A DNA stretch of 64,000 nucleotides, from NCBI GenBank assembly GCA_048013815.1, contig CM106585.1, positions 310,001-374,000 of the forward strand, given 5' to 3'. Source of the stretch: Setoptus koraiensis. Taxonomy: Eukaryota > Animalia > Arthropoda. This document shows, piece by piece, positions 1-12,128 of the stretch. How positions within the stretch are numbered: the stretch's first letter is position 1; every line of letters begins with the position of its first letter. The position numbers were made by a program, and so were the translations under genes. A model generated the notes under the pieces. It did not search any database and was not told where the DNA came from. It saw only the letters and a program-made list of their open reading frames with translations.

Positions 1-1481
1 CTAGCTGGCTAGAGCAAGGTTAATTGAGCACATAATTGGTCGAAACCCGGCCCGATCACGGGCCCCGCCCACTCGACCCCCAGTCCTCGGGAAGAATCTT
101 TTTTAGTTAGGTGGCCGTCAGTCGTCCCGCCGGAGGCCGCAGGCCGTAGGCGTGGACGACTGGAGGCCGAGGGTGTTCTTGCGATTAGGTCCCAGCGCCG
201 ATCATCACGAAACTTGACACACGGGCCCCGCAGGGGCCCCACATCATGGATTAGGTGGTCCGGAAGTGCGGAAACTTCTGGTTCCGGTTTTACATGAAGT
301 TTAAGCTAGAGCTCTGAACATTGAGAATCAGGTAGATGACCTTCAGCGGAGCAGGATGGAATCTAAATCAATCCGGTATCACTTCCGGTTTGCTAGATAT
401 CAAGGTTCAACTGAAATTAGAGGTGCGGCCGGGCCTGTGCGGTTGCGGCAAGCGGGCCCATACTGTGCACAGACTGCGCAACACCATGTATTAGCATGTA
501 ATTCAGTTGTTCCTACTTGTCTCATCCTTATTTTTTATTCGCCCCTTCATTTGTGGGTGGATTGCAGTCATGTGAGCGGAGGGTAGAGGGCGCAGCCCGA
601 TACCCGAAGCGCTCATCAACCCTACCCGAAGGGTTCCCGTCGCACGCAGTCGTCGCGGGAGCGACGACGGAGATGTGACGGCCTCCAGAATACGAGGCCG
701 AAGGCCGAGTTCTAAGAACAATTGCAGGCTCATCCCTGAGTGTAGCGAAGCATGAATTTGGCAACTTCCGGTCTCTCAACTCTTGGGATATCGCTATAAC
801 CAGAGAACCGGAAGTGGTAAAGAGCTAAAACTTATGTCATTGTGTTGATCGTCATCTGGAACGTCATTCTGATGAGTTTCAACTCTCTAGAAGCAACTTA
901 AGGTAAAACCGGAACCGGAAGTTTCCGCACTTCCGGACCACTTTTCCTGATGGTTTTGGGTCAAGATGAACCTGTACCGGAAGTTTCATCATAATCGGCG
1001 CTGGGACCTAATCGCTAGAACAACCGAGGCCGAACCCCTCCTCCGGCCCGGGCCCAAGATGCATGGAAGACGGAAGGGCTATTGTATATTATACACAAGC
1101 GAGCATGGGTACCCCGCGTACCTCGTGCTACCTGCAACGGTCATGCCGCATTCATGCGGTTGTGATTATTACCCTCGCGTAGCCTATTGCATACTCGGAT
1201 ACCCGAAATACCCGGGTAAATCGCAGTATCGCACATCGGGTTCATTTTCACACTTCCGGTATACAATTTCTGAGATTATTATACTTGTCTGTACCTGGCT
1301 GTATCAAAAATACCTTCAAAAAAAGCAGTGGGAACCGCTAGCGGTCGTCGGGTATCTCAAAACGCCTACTATGCGGTACCTCGGGTAACTCGACAACCGT
1401 AAATTTCTACATCTTATAAATACCCATTCGGGTATCAGGGCACTAAACCCTACCCAAAAATACCCAAAATACCCAGATCGG
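1..1481 (-). mobile_element. Partial Merlin-like MITE (B-arm type), inverted paralogue of 44690-45620, interrupted by MITE 171-1025
   Basis: 1-170 plus 1034-1481 is the reverse complement of about 44720-45332; truncated by the window start and the N gap. Confidence 0.85.
171..1025. mobile_element. Merlin-like non-autonomous DNA transposon (MITE), complete
   Basis: TIRs GGGTGTTCTTGCGATT / rc GGTTGTTCTAGCGATT; 8-bp TSD GAGGCCGA at 163-170 and 1026-1033; empty site in the paralogue near 45170 (minus). Confidence 0.9.
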
Positions 1482-1981
1482 NNNNNNNNNNNNNNNNNNN
1501 NNNNNNNNNNNNNNNNNNNNNNNNNNNNNNNNNNNNNNNNNNNNNNNNNNNNNNNNNNNNNNNNNNNNNNNNNNNNNNNNNNNNNNNNNNNNNNNNNNNN
1601 NNNNNNNNNNNNNNNNNNNNNNNNNNNNNNNNNNNNNNNNNNNNNNNNNNNNNNNNNNNNNNNNNNNNNNNNNNNNNNNNNNNNNNNNNNNNNNNNNNNN
1701 NNNNNNNNNNNNNNNNNNNNNNNNNNNNNNNNNNNNNNNNNNNNNNNNNNNNNNNNNNNNNNNNNNNNNNNNNNNNNNNNNNNNNNNNNNNNNNNNNNNN
1801 NNNNNNNNNNNNNNNNNNNNNNNNNNNNNNNNNNNNNNNNNNNNNNNNNNNNNNNNNNNNNNNNNNNNNNNNNNNNNNNNNNNNNNNNNNNNNNNNNNNN
1901 NNNNNNNNNNNNNNNNNNNNNNNNNNNNNNNNNNNNNNNNNNNNNNNNNNNNNNNNNNNNNNNNNNNNNNNNNNNNNNNNN
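1482..1981. other. Assembly gap (500 N)
   Basis: Run of N. Confidence 1.
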
Positions 1982-2112
1982 TGTTGCCGGTGTTGCTGCA
2001 GTTGCCGGTGTTGCTGCAGTTGCTGGTGTTGATGCAGTTGCTGGTGTTGCTGGTGTTGCTGGTGTTGCTGCAGTTGCTGGTGTTGGTGGTGTTGCTGGTG
2101 CAGTTGCTGTAG
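1982..2112 (+). repeat. 9-bp minisatellite (GTTGCTGGT/GTTGCTGCA)n
   Basis: Direct reading. Confidence 0.9.
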
Positions 2113-2133
2113 TTGCTGTTGTTGTTGTCGTTG

Positions 2134-2308
2134 TTGTTATTGTTATTGTTATTGTTATTGTTATTGTTATTGTTATTGTTATTGTTATTGTTATTGTTAT
2201 TGTTATTGTTATTGTTATTGTTATTGTTATTGTTATTGTTATTGTTATTGTTATTGTTATTGTTATTGTTATTGTTATTGTTATTGTTATTGTTATTGTT
2301 ATTGTTAT
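2134..2308 (+). repeat. (TTGTTA)n microsatellite, about 29 units
   Basis: Direct reading; source of the spurious poly-Leu ORF 2113-2358. Confidence 0.98.
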
Positions 2309-2869
2309 TATTATCGTTGTTGTTTATTTATTTATTTTTTACAATTTTAAAAATTTAAAAATTTTTAAAATTTAAAATTTTAAAATTTATTAATTTATAA
2401 ATTAATAAATTTATTAATTTAAGAGTGTGGAAGTGGCGGCATGGCTTCCGGCAAACGCCGCACGCCGCACTCCCGCACGCCGCACGCCGCACTCTCGCAC
2501 GCCGCACTCCCGCACTCCCGCACAGATCGCACACACATTGCGCGCAGTGTGATCTGTGCTTGTGCGCTGCACAGGAGCTTTTGGACTTGGTCGAGTTGAT
2601 TGCTCCACCCTATATGGCTATCTAGTGTGCGAAAATTGGCAATTTTATCTTGACAAACTTGGAAACTATGGCTGATTTTCAAAAATAAAATAGTGCATGA
2701 TAATGCGGATGCATCATAGCGATCAAGTATCGCTCAAATATAGATGCGAGTATGTGATAACATGTCGGAGTTGAACATCTATGCCTGTCGAATCAGAGTA
2801 GCCGGAAAGATGAAATAATAAATACAAGTTCTCCAAATTCCCATCACAACGTGATACACATGTTGACCG

Positions 2870-3001
2870 ACTACTCTAATCTGACAGGCATAGATGTTCA
2901 TCTCTGACATGGTGTCACAAACTCGCATCCATATTCCAACGATACTCGTCTATCCAAAAAATTAAGCGCTCGAGATACTGACGGAATCAGTATCACTTGT
3001 T
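2870..3001 (+). mobile_element. 3' end of non-autonomous Helentron (HINE-0); 5' end probably in the gap
   Basis: 3' subTIR AATTAAGCGCT, hairpin GATACTGA-CGGAA-TCAGTATC, terminal CTTGTT; subterminal segment shared with 6640-6776 and 48397-48490. Confidence 0.8.
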
Positions 3002-3006
3002 TTTTG

Positions 3007-3864
3007 GGGTGTTCTTTCGATAAGGTCCCCACTCAGAGTTTAATGAAACTCCACACACAAGCCCCGTAAGGGCCCCACATCATGAATTATGTGGTCCGGA
3101 AGTGCGGGAACTTCCGGTTCCGGAGACACTAAAATGTTGAGATAGAGCTCTGAAAATTCAGAATCAGGCAGATGATAACTAGCATGGCATGATGAATTCA
3201 AAATTAATTCTCTATCACCTCCGGTTTGTGAGATATCACGGTTTATTCAATTATGAGATGCGGCCGGGCCTGTGCGGTTGCGGTAAGCGGGCCCATACTG
3301 TGCACATACTGCGCAACACCATGTATTAGCTTGTAATTCAGTTGTTCCTACTTGTCGCATCCTTATTTTTTATTCCCCCCCCCCTTCATTTGTGGATGGA
3401 TTGCAGTCATGTGAGCGGAGGGTAGAGGGCGCAGCCCGATACCCGAAGCGCTCATCAACTCTACCCGAAGGGTTTCCGTCGCACGCAGTCGTCGCGGGAG
3501 CGACGACGGAGATGTGACGGCCTCCAGAATACGAGACCGAAGGCTGAGTTCTAAGAACGATTGCAGGCTCATCCCTGATTGTAGCGGAGCATAAATTTGG
3601 CAATCTCCGGTCTTTCACTTCTTGAGATATCGCTATATCCAGAGAACCGGAAGTGGTGAAGAGCTTAAAGTTATGTCATCGTGTTAATCGTCATCTAAAT
3701 CGTTAGTCTGCTGAGTTTCAACTCTCGAGAAGCGACTTGGAGAAAAACCGGAACCGGAAGTTTCCGCACTTCCGGACCACTTTTCCTGATGGTTTTAGGT
3801 CAAGATGAACCTGTAACGGAAGTTTCATCATAATCCGCGCTGGGACCTAATCGCTAGAACAACC
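3007..3864. mobile_element. Merlin-like MITE, both ends present, TSDs not matching
   Basis: Colinear with 171-1025; ends GGGTGTTCTTTCG and rc GGTTGTTCTAGCG; flanks GTTTTTTG vs GATATTGG. Confidence 0.85.
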
Positions 3865-4898
3865 GATATTGGTCATGATACTGGTTATGATACAGGTTTA
3901 CTATGGTCAGCGGTGACTGTAGACGTTTATCGACAGAATATTCTTCTTGTAGGTCGTCTAGATTAATAACATGCGGATCCGCCTTAATTTGAGAGTCACT
4001 TCCGGTTATCCGTTTTTCGTCAATATCGCATGTATTGTCAATTCGGCGTTGATTAGCAGCGGTAGCATTGCTAGCTTCTTTAGTCTTGGCATGTGTCTTG
4101 AGTGTGTCGCCATTGTCATTTGACTCAATTTGCTCTGCAAAGTCGTTTATTTCTTCTCTGACATCTAGGATACGAGGTTCCTCGATAGTTGGCAAGTCTT
4201 TACGTAGGTAATACTTTCTGAGGTGCATTGGATGAACCGAGGAGCTACGAGGTCTGCCGCTCAGATTTACGACTTCAAAGTTGAGTGAATCGAGTTTCTT
4301 TGATATACGGAAGGGTCCAATATACGTGAATGTTAATTTCTTGACTCCGCCTTTCACTCGAGTTGGTCTCTTTATGACGACGAGATCGCCGACCTTGAAC
4401 GTATTGGGATCTAGGTTCTGGTCTAGTCTTTTCTTGTTCTTAGCTTGGCTTCTTCGAATGTACTCTTTGATCAATTGTTTGGCTTCTTCCGCTCGGGCTT
4501 CTAAACCTGGGCAGTTTGGGTTGACATATGTTTGGCGACCGAATATGTTATCCGCTGGTATTCGGGGAATTCTCGCGAATACCAGCTCGTTCGGCGTAAC
4601 GTTAGTGACAGAATGTTTTGAAATATTGTAGGCGAAGGTTAGAGCTGATACAAATGTGCACCAATTTCTCTGTGACTTTTCTACGAACATACCTAGTTGT
4701 GCACCAATGACACGGTTGAATCGCTCTGTTTGACCATTAGCTTGTGGATGATAAGCCGTATTGCAGATACGTTTGATACCAAGGCTGTTGAACAAGTCGT
4801 TGTTCTCCACGGACGTTAGATTCGATCCCCGATCGGATATGATGATTTTGGGGCAACCGAATTTCGTGATGTTCATAGATAGCGTTTGATATCGTTTC
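3865..4898 (-). pseudogene. Gypsy-1 integrase core and C-terminus (fragment)
   Basis: IISDRG (catalytic D), AYHPQANGQTERFN (catalytic E), GPF motif TYIGPFRI; apparent frameshift near 4875. Confidence 0.92.
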
Positions 4899-5134
4899 GG
4901 TTGTTCTAGCGGATAGTGCCACACCCAGATTCTGATGAAACTTCTGGTATAGGTTCATCTTGACCTCAAAAGAACGAAAAAAGTGGTCCGGAAGTGCGGA
5001 AACTTCCGGTTCCGGTTTTACCCTTAGTTAGAGCTAGAGATCTAAAACTCATCATAATAGCGTTCCAAAAGACGCTGAACACGATGGCATAATTTCCAGC
5101 TCGGTGTGACTTCCGGTTCTCGAAATATCGGCAT

Positions 5135-6776
5135 TTTTAGCGCTTAATTTTAATTAAGCTGCTATTGATGTGGGTCGGATGGATACGTTTATTCACGTGA
5201 CTATGTAATCCTATGGAGGCTTGACTTAGTCAAATTTGTGAGAATCCTGCTAGACATAACACATGTTTTCCTATGTAGATTCGACTTGGTCTATTATCGC
5301 TTCACTCGAGAATATTTCGTATGCAATCCTATGGGGATTTGACTAGGTCGAATCTGTGCGGAGTTCGGTGGTGACAAATCGAACTTCAAAATTGAAAATT
5401 CGAATTCCTAATGATAGTTTCATCTGCTCGTTCGGTGTTCGATGGTCAGAGTTCGGTGGTCACAATTCGATGGTCGCAATTCGAACTTCGAAATTGAAAA
5501 TTCAGATTTCTGATAAGAGTTACAGCCGCTCGTTTGATGTTCGATGGTCAGAGATCGATGTTCGATGGTCACAATTCGAACTTCGAACTTCGAAATTCGA
5601 AATTCGAAATTCGAAAATTGAAAATTCGAATTCCTAATGATAGTTTCATCTGCTCGTTCGATGTTCGATGGTCAGAGTTCGGTGGTCACAATTCGATGGT
5701 CGCAATTCGAAGTTCGAAATTTGAAATTGAAAATTCGAATTCCCAATGATAGTTTCAGCTGCATTGTCGGAATTCGATGGTCATAGTTCGATCGTCATAA
5801 TTCGAACTTCGAACTCCGAAATTCGAAAATTGAAAATTTGAATTCCCAATGATAGTTTCATCTGCTCGTTCGATGTTCGATGGTCACAGTTCTCAGATCG
5901 ATGGTCACAATTCGAACTTCAAAATTCGAATTCCTGATGAGAGTTTCAGATGCTTGTTCTATGTTCGATGGTCAGAGTTCGATGTTCGATAGACACAATT
6001 CGATGGTCACAATTCGAACTTCGAAATTCGAAAATTGAAAATTCGAATTTCTAATGATAGTTTCGTCTGCTCGTTCGATGTTCGATGGTCAGAGTTCGAT
6101 GGTCACAATTCGAACTTCGAACTTCGAAATTCTAAATTGAAAATTCGGATTTCTGATAAGAGTTACAGCTGCTCGTTCGATGTTCGATGGTCAGAGTTCG
6201 ATGGTCACAATTCGAACTTCGAACTTCGAAATTGAAAATTCGAATTTCCGATACTAGTTCCAGGTGCTCGTACAGAGTTCGATGGTCACAATTCGATGTT
6301 CGATGGTCAGAGTTCGATGGTCACAATTCGGACTTCGAAATTCGAAATTGAAAATTCGAATTTCCGATACTAGTTCCAGGTGCTCGTACAGAGTTCGATG
6401 GTCACAATTCGAAGTTCGCTGGTGACAATTCGAAGTTCGATGGTCAAATTTCGAACTTCGAAATTCAAAATTGATGCACTATAACAAAGTGTTTGCCATT
6501 GACTAATTGGTGTGTCTAACTTAATTACTCATTGCGGCGAAACTGACTATTAGAATCTTACTAAATTCCATACGCAAGCAATCGATATGTGTATCATGCT
6601 GCGATAGAAATTGGGATAACTCGTATCCATTCTGTCATCTTTTCGGCTACTCTGATCGACAGGCATAGATGATTATCTCCGACATGTTGTCACATACTCG
6701 CATCCATAATCCAACGATACTCGTCTATCCAAAAAATTAAGCGCTTGAGGTACTGATAGAATCAGTATCACTTGTT
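5135..6776 (+). mobile_element. Non-autonomous Helentron (HINE-1, DINE-1-like), complete
   Basis: 5' TTTTAGCGCTTAATT subTIR plus internal IR AATTAAGC; 3' AATTAAGCGCT, hairpin TACTGAT-AGA-ATCAGTA, CTTGTT; T-rich site, no TSD; internal satellite. Confidence 0.85.
5375..6475 (+). repeat. TTCGA-rich satellite, variable about 90-125 bp unit built from 7/14-bp subrepeats
   Basis: Recurrent ATGATAGTTTCATCTGC and TTCGATGGTCACAATTCGAAC; also at 43045-43464 and 45640-46435. Confidence 0.95.
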
Positions 6777-7826
6777 ATTGGTTCGGAAGACCGAACCAAT
6801 GATGAATTACAGCTTTGCTGCACTCGGGGATGAACCTGCGGTGGGTCTGAGAACTCGGCCTGCGCCCTCGCAATTTGGAGGCCGTCACATCTCCGTCGTC
6901 GCTCCCGCGACGACTGCGTGCGACGGGAACCCTTCGGGTAAGGGTGGATGAGCGCTTCGGGTATCGGGCTGCGCCCTCTACCCTCCGCTCACGTGACTGC
7001 AAACCATGGGAAATTCGGTTATACTTGCGAAGTGGGCACCCATCAGATTGGGATATTTTGGGTATTTTTGGGTAGAGTATAGTACCTTGATACCCGAATG
7101 GGTATTTAAAAGATGTAGAAATGTTTGGTTTCTGAGATAACCGAGGTACCGCACAGTGGGCGTTTTGAGATACCCGATGACCGCTAGCGGTCTTAGCGGC
7201 GTACCCGAAAGTATTTCGGGTATCATTAAGGTACATTCGGGTACACTCGTTTTTCTGGAGGTATTCCGGAAGTGAAGAAATGACCTTAAACTGAGATACC
7301 AGGGATCGGGTATCACGGGTATTCCGGCATGACTTGTAATCACGTCCGCACGTGTGCGGCTTACCCGCCGCAGGTAGCTCGAGGTACCCCGAGTCACCCA
7401 CCAACACCCAGCGCGCGCGAAAATCACTTCTACACTCGAGAGTGTACCTGTGATGAGTCTGATAACTCGGCCTGCGGCCTCGTATTCTGGAGGCCGTCAC
7501 ATCTCCGTCGTCGCTACCGCGACGACTGCGTGCGACGGGAACCCTTCGGGTAGGGTTAATGAGCGCTTCGGGTTTCGGGCTTCGCCCTCTACCCTCCGCT
7601 CACGTGACAGCAAACCATGGAAAATTCTTGGTTGAAGAAATGCGACGATAGAAACTGAATTCATCACAATGATGCGTATCATCAAGAATCGGAGAGATAT
7701 CGGGATGAATTGGCGCACGTATGTACTTGCGCGTGCGGATGCTACGTTCCGGGGGGAATACCCACGCGGTTTTTCCTGAATATCTCTTGAACCGAAAGCT
7801 GCACACAGGTGAAACGAACCCCGTTG

Positions 7827-8684
7827 GGGTGTTGTAGCGAATAGTGCCACACTCAGATTTCCACCAAACTTCACACATGGGGCCCTTAGAGCCCCCAAAC
7901 AACGGATTCGCTAGTCCGAAAGTGCGGAAACTTCCGGTTCCGGTTTTACACAAAATTCAAGCTAGAGCCATGAAACTTGATATGCTGCAGGATATAAATA
8001 TTCTGAGTACAATAGAGTTCGTTTTACGTGTGTGCGGCTTCCGTTCCGGAGATATTCAGGAAAAACCGCGCGGGTATCCCGCTCGGGACGAAGCATCCGT
8101 GCGCACGAGTAAATACGTGCGCCCTAGAGGCTCCGATATGTCGCCATACAAGATGGCACAGCGCTAGATCTGTGCTTGAATCATGTTCCGAGGCTTTTAA
8201 CATTTCTTCTAGTCTATTGTTTGCAGTCATGTGAGCGGAGGGCTGAGGGCGAAGCCCGAAACCCGAAGCGCTCATCAACCCTACCCGAAGGCTTCCCGTC
8301 GCACGCAGTCGTCGCGGGAGCGACGACGGAGATGTGACGGCCTCCAAATTACGAGGCCGCAGGCCGAGTTCTCAGACCTATCGCAGGTTCATCCCCGAGT
8401 GCAGCGAAGCTGAAATTCGTCAACTTCCGGTCTTCCAGACCAATAAATATGCCGATATCTTGGAAACCGGAAGTTGCACCGAGCTGTTAATTATGTCATC
8501 GTGTTCAGCGTCCTTCGGAACGCTAGTAAAGTGATTTTCAGACCTCTAGCTCTAACTTGAGGTAAAACCAGAACCGGAAGTTTCCGCACTTCCGGACCAC
8601 TTTTTTCGTTCTATTGAGGTCAATATGAACCTATACCGAAAGTTTCATCAGAATCTGAGTGTGGCACTATTCGCTACAACAACC
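7827..8684. mobile_element. Merlin-like MITE, complete
   Basis: TIR GGGTGTTGTAGCGAATAGTGCCACACTCAGAT / rc GGTTGTTGTAGCGAATAGTGCCACACTCAGAT; TSD CCCCGTTG at 7819-7826 and 8685-8692. Confidence 0.92.
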
Positions 8685-8875
8685 CCCCGTTGTACTCAGC
8701 ACGTCCGCATCCTGCTGTTCATCAAGTTTCATGGCTCTAGCTTGAAGTTTGTGTAAAACCGGAACAGGAAGTTTCCGCACTTCCGGACTAGCGAAACCGT
8801 TGTTTGAGGGCCTTTCGGGGCCCATGTGTGAAGTTTGGTTGAAATCTGAGTGTGGCACTATTCGCTAGAACACCC

Positions 8876-9132
8876 AATTTTTCCACATCGTTATCCAAAT
8901 TGGGCCAATAATATTTTTCTTTGATAAGTTTTATGGTGCCGTCTCTGCCTGGGTGAGCAGCCAACTCGCACTCATGTGTCATTTGCATGACTCGAGCCCT
9001 CTCTAGTTGTGGTACAACTAGCTGATTTTTTGCCGTATATAGCAAGTCGTCTCTCATTCTAAAATCGTTGCTACCAATATTCGCCAATTGTGTTAGAGCC
9101 TTTACTTGTTCATCATTTGCGCATAAATCTTT
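8876..9132 (-). pseudogene. Gypsy-1 integrase N-terminal zinc-binding region (fragment)
   Basis: QLVVP...THECELAAHPGRDGTIKLIKEKYYWPNL. Confidence 0.9.
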
Positions 9133-10341
9133 GGTTATTGTATCTAATAGCGCCACACTTTTTTCGGAGTATTGTGGGTATGTTTGGGTAGGTTATGGCA
9201 CCCTGATACCGGAATGGTTATACCTGAAGTGCGGAAATACTTCGTTCCTGAGATGACCGAGGGACCGCTCAGTGGGCGTTTCTCGATACCCGGCCACCGC
9301 TGGCGGCCCCTGAAGCCTCAATGAAAATATTTCCAATGCTTTTAGGTAGATTATTGAACACTGATCTCAAAATTATGATTCCGGAAATTCTAAAATATCT
9401 CGGTCTCAGTGATATTCCAGATGACGGCATTTCATCGTTTGCGCAGGCGTCAGATTTGACAGTTCATCAATCGGTTGTTGTAGCGATTAGTGCTCCGCCC
9501 CGATTCTGATGAAGCTTCTGGTACGGGTACATCTTGACCCCAACGAACCGGAAAAGTGGGTCCGGATGTGCGGAAACTTCTGGTTCCGGTTTCACATGAA
9601 GTTCGAGCTGGAGGTCAGAAAAACTCACCAGAGAGACCAACCACGCTGATCACGAAGGCATAATTTTCAGCTCTGTGCGACTTCCGGTTTTTCAGATGTA
9701 GAGATATATTTGGCGCAAGAAGAGCGGAAGTGGCAAATTTGGAGCTCCGCCTTGCTCAAGAATGAGTATGCGATGGGTCTGAGAACTCGGCCTGCGGCCT
9801 CGTAATTTGGAGGCCGTCACATCTCCGTCGTCGCTCCCGCGACGACTGCGTGCGACGGGAACCCTTCGGGTAGGGTTGATGAGCGCTTCGGGTATCGGGC
9901 TGCGCCCTCTACCCTCCGCTCACATGACTGCAATCCATACACGACCGTAAGTAGAAAGACGGACTGTTCATCGTGAAGCTGAACATCTAACTGCGAGAAT
10001 CTCGAGAACTGGAAGTGGCGCAGGCTTTTGTGTTGAACTGTACTGGCTTGCTAGCGCACGTATTTGGTCGAAATTCCGTCCCGTCACCGCCCTTGCAGCG
10101 GTTTCCACCAAATATCACGTCAACCGGAAGTTGTTCAGACTTGAAATTTGCTGTATTGTACTTTATATGCTTCCATCCAGATGTACAGAGTGTTTCAAGT
10201 CCGTATCTCAATTTGAATGTAAAACCGGAACCGGAAGTTTCCGCACTTCCGGACTAGTCAAACTGTTGTCAGGGGGCCCTGCGGGCCCTTAGTGTGAAGT
10301 TTCATTGATATAGGAGTGTGGCGCTATTAGATACAATACCC
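9133..10341. mobile_element. Merlin-like MITE (B-arm + core + A-arm), complete
   Basis: 27-bp TIR GGTTATTGTATCTAATAGCGCCACACT / rc GGGTATTG...; TSD AAATCTTT at 9125-9132 and 10342-10349; removal restores pol frame ...VAKWKDLCANDE. Confidence 0.93.
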
Positions 10342-10605
10342 AAATCTTTCCATTTTGCTACATCAAATGGTACGATCATCATTATTGGGTGGATACATTT
10401 TTCGTCTACTCCATATGGAAGATCGACTGGGGCTCCAGAAAGGCAGTCAACATCGCTATGTTGACTACCATTGATATATTTTATGTCTAAATCATACTCT
10501 TGTAGAATGAGGGACCAGTGCGAGAGTCGTCTTTGTAGGTCCTTTTTTGTATTGATGGCGCAAAGGGCGCAATGATCGGTCCATAGAGTAAACCTACCAT
10601 CATAC
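10342..10605 (-). pseudogene. Gypsy-1 RNase H C-terminal fragment
   Basis: Manual translation: FTLWTDHCAL...RRLSHWSLILQEYDLDIKYINGSQHSDVDCLS. Confidence 0.88.
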
Positions 10606-10665
10606 TCTACCTAGAAATACCCAAAATACCCGAATTGGGCGTGGTACGTGTTAGATACAATAACC
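10606..10665. mobile_element. Orphan MITE end at the gag/RNase H deletion junction
   Basis: rc GGTTATTGTATCTAAC followed by GGGTATTTT repeats of the B-arm. Confidence 0.7.
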
Positions 10666-11692
10666 TAAATATGTCCTCGCCTGGTTTGCCTGAGAATGTA
10701 GTTGGGTTAATCTGTAATATAGCTGCTGATACGTTGGCACTGGACATCTTTGAGGCTAGCTCGCTGATAGTCTCAGATAGAATTTTCTGGTTATTGTATG
10801 GAACAGCGCCACACTTTTTTCGGGGTATTCTGTATATTTTTGAGTAGGGTATTGTACCCTGATTCCAGAATAAGTATTCCGGAAGTGCGGAAATTCTTGG
10901 TTCACGAGATAACCGACATACCGCTCGGGAGGCGTTTCTCGATACCCGACGACCGCTAGCTGATTCCGGGGCAATTTTTGAGGTATTTTGAAAAACCATG
11001 TGTAGAAAGACTCTTTTAGAACCGATCTGGATACCTCTGAGGTTTTTAAAAGGGACGATAAAAATGAAGTAAAACAAACAATAGAATAGAGCCCGTATGA
11101 GGGCGAACACGATAAGTCTGACTTGGAGTCATGATTTCTTGGTGGAATCGCGACCAATACAGCTGGAAGTATCTGGGAGAGTCTGGAATTGGCCTTCGCT
11201 TAGCTCGGCTTGTTGTGAGTCTGAGAACTCGGCCTACGGCCTCGTATTTTGGAGGCCGTCACATCTCCGTCGTCGCTCCCGCGACGACTGCGTGCGACGG
11301 GAACCCTTCGGGTAGGGTTGATGAGCGCTTCGGGTATCGGGCTGCGCCCTCTACCCTCCGCTCACATGACTGCAATCCATACACGATTAAAGGTGGATGA
11401 GCAGACTATATACCGTGGAAATATATCTTGAGCTGAGAATATCCCAAGAACCGGAAGTTGTACGCACTTGAATTTGTCTGCATTGTGTTCAACATGCTTT
11501 AATCATGCTGCATACTGCGTTTCAAGGCTCTATCTCGAAGTTTTAGAAAAACCGGAACCGGAAGTTTCCGCACTTCCGGACCACTGAAACTGTTGTCAGG
11601 AGCCCATGCGGGCCCCACGTATGAAGTTTCATCAAAATCAGAGTGTGGCGCTGTTCCATACAATACCCAATTTTCTCAGTTGATTTTGTCAT
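10666..11692 (-). pseudogene. Gypsy-1 gag 5' fragment (11692-11669 and 10788-10666), split by MITE
   Basis: Rejoined: MTKSTEKILSETISELASKMSSANVSAAILQINPTTFSGKPGEDIF, gag-like PxxFSGxxxED motif just downstream of the PBS. Confidence 0.75.
10789..11668. mobile_element. Merlin-like MITE, complete
   Basis: TIR GGTTATTGTATGGAACAGCGCCACACT / rc GGGTATTG...; TSD AATTTTCT at 10781-10788 and 11669-11676. Confidence 0.93.
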
Positions 11693-11730
11693 TTTAGGTT
11701 CGTTGGGATCTGTTGCTGGACGTTGGAAGG

Positions 11731-11748
11731 AACCACGCTCTGCTACCA
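11731..11748 (-). promoter_or_regulatory. Primer binding site, tRNA-iMet type
   Basis: Minus strand TGGTAGCAGAGCGTGGTT, 2 nt after the LTR end. Confidence 0.85.
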
Positions 11749-11750
11749 CT

Positions 11751-11990
11751 TGTGATGAATTAAACAAGGAGCCTTGCAGTATCGAAACGTTTGCTAGGTA
11801 TTTATTTATATGTTGCATGTGAGTACAAATAAAGAATCATCTGAACTGGTATCGTCCGTTGCACACGTATTTACATATGGCGTGTATATGGCGGTAGCAC
11901 GCTGGTTGTATTGCCCACGATGGGTGCAATAACCGTACGCGGCATAGTTTTGGCGCACCCCGTATCTACAGGCATGCTGTTTTCATCACA
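11751..11990 (-). repeat. 5' LTR of Gypsy-1 (240 bp)
   Basis: 9-bp terminal IR TGTGATGAA...TTCATCACA, internal TATAAATAAA, followed by PBS. Confidence 0.85.
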
Positions 11991-12128
11991 CCAGCGGTCT
12001 AAATTCAAGTCGCATATAGTGTATTTATTGCAAATGTTAGCGAGGCCAGAAAGGAACACGCAGAGAGACAATCATCATTCAAATATGTATTTTTTATTGA
12101 TCATTTCAGAAGTTCTTCGGGAGAAACC

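Larger units (their letters stand above)
4899..8875. mobile_element. Composite Merlin-like MITE hosting HINE-1, a B-arm segment (from 7018), a duplicated core and MITE 7827-8684
   Basis: Ends GGTTGTTCTAGCGGATAGTGCCACAC / rc GGGTGTTCTAGCGAATAGTGCCACAC; flanks differ (ATCGTTTC vs AATTTTTC) and part of the integrase is missing across it. Confidence 0.75.
3865..11990 (-). mobile_element. Fragmented Ty3/gypsy LTR retrotransposon (Gypsy-1) with nested MITEs and a HINE
   Basis: On minus: LTR, PBS, gag, RNase H, integrase Zn domain, integrase core, in canonical gypsy order; frames restored across two MITE insertions. Confidence 0.9.

Noticed and set aside
2113-2358. Poly-Leu ORF
   Set aside because: Translation of the (TTGTTA)n microsatellite.
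9776-9935. Hammerhead or other ribozyme in the MITE core (TTGATGAG)
   Set aside because: No CTGATGA...GAAA core with compatible stems; hairpins fit DNA GNA triloops instead.
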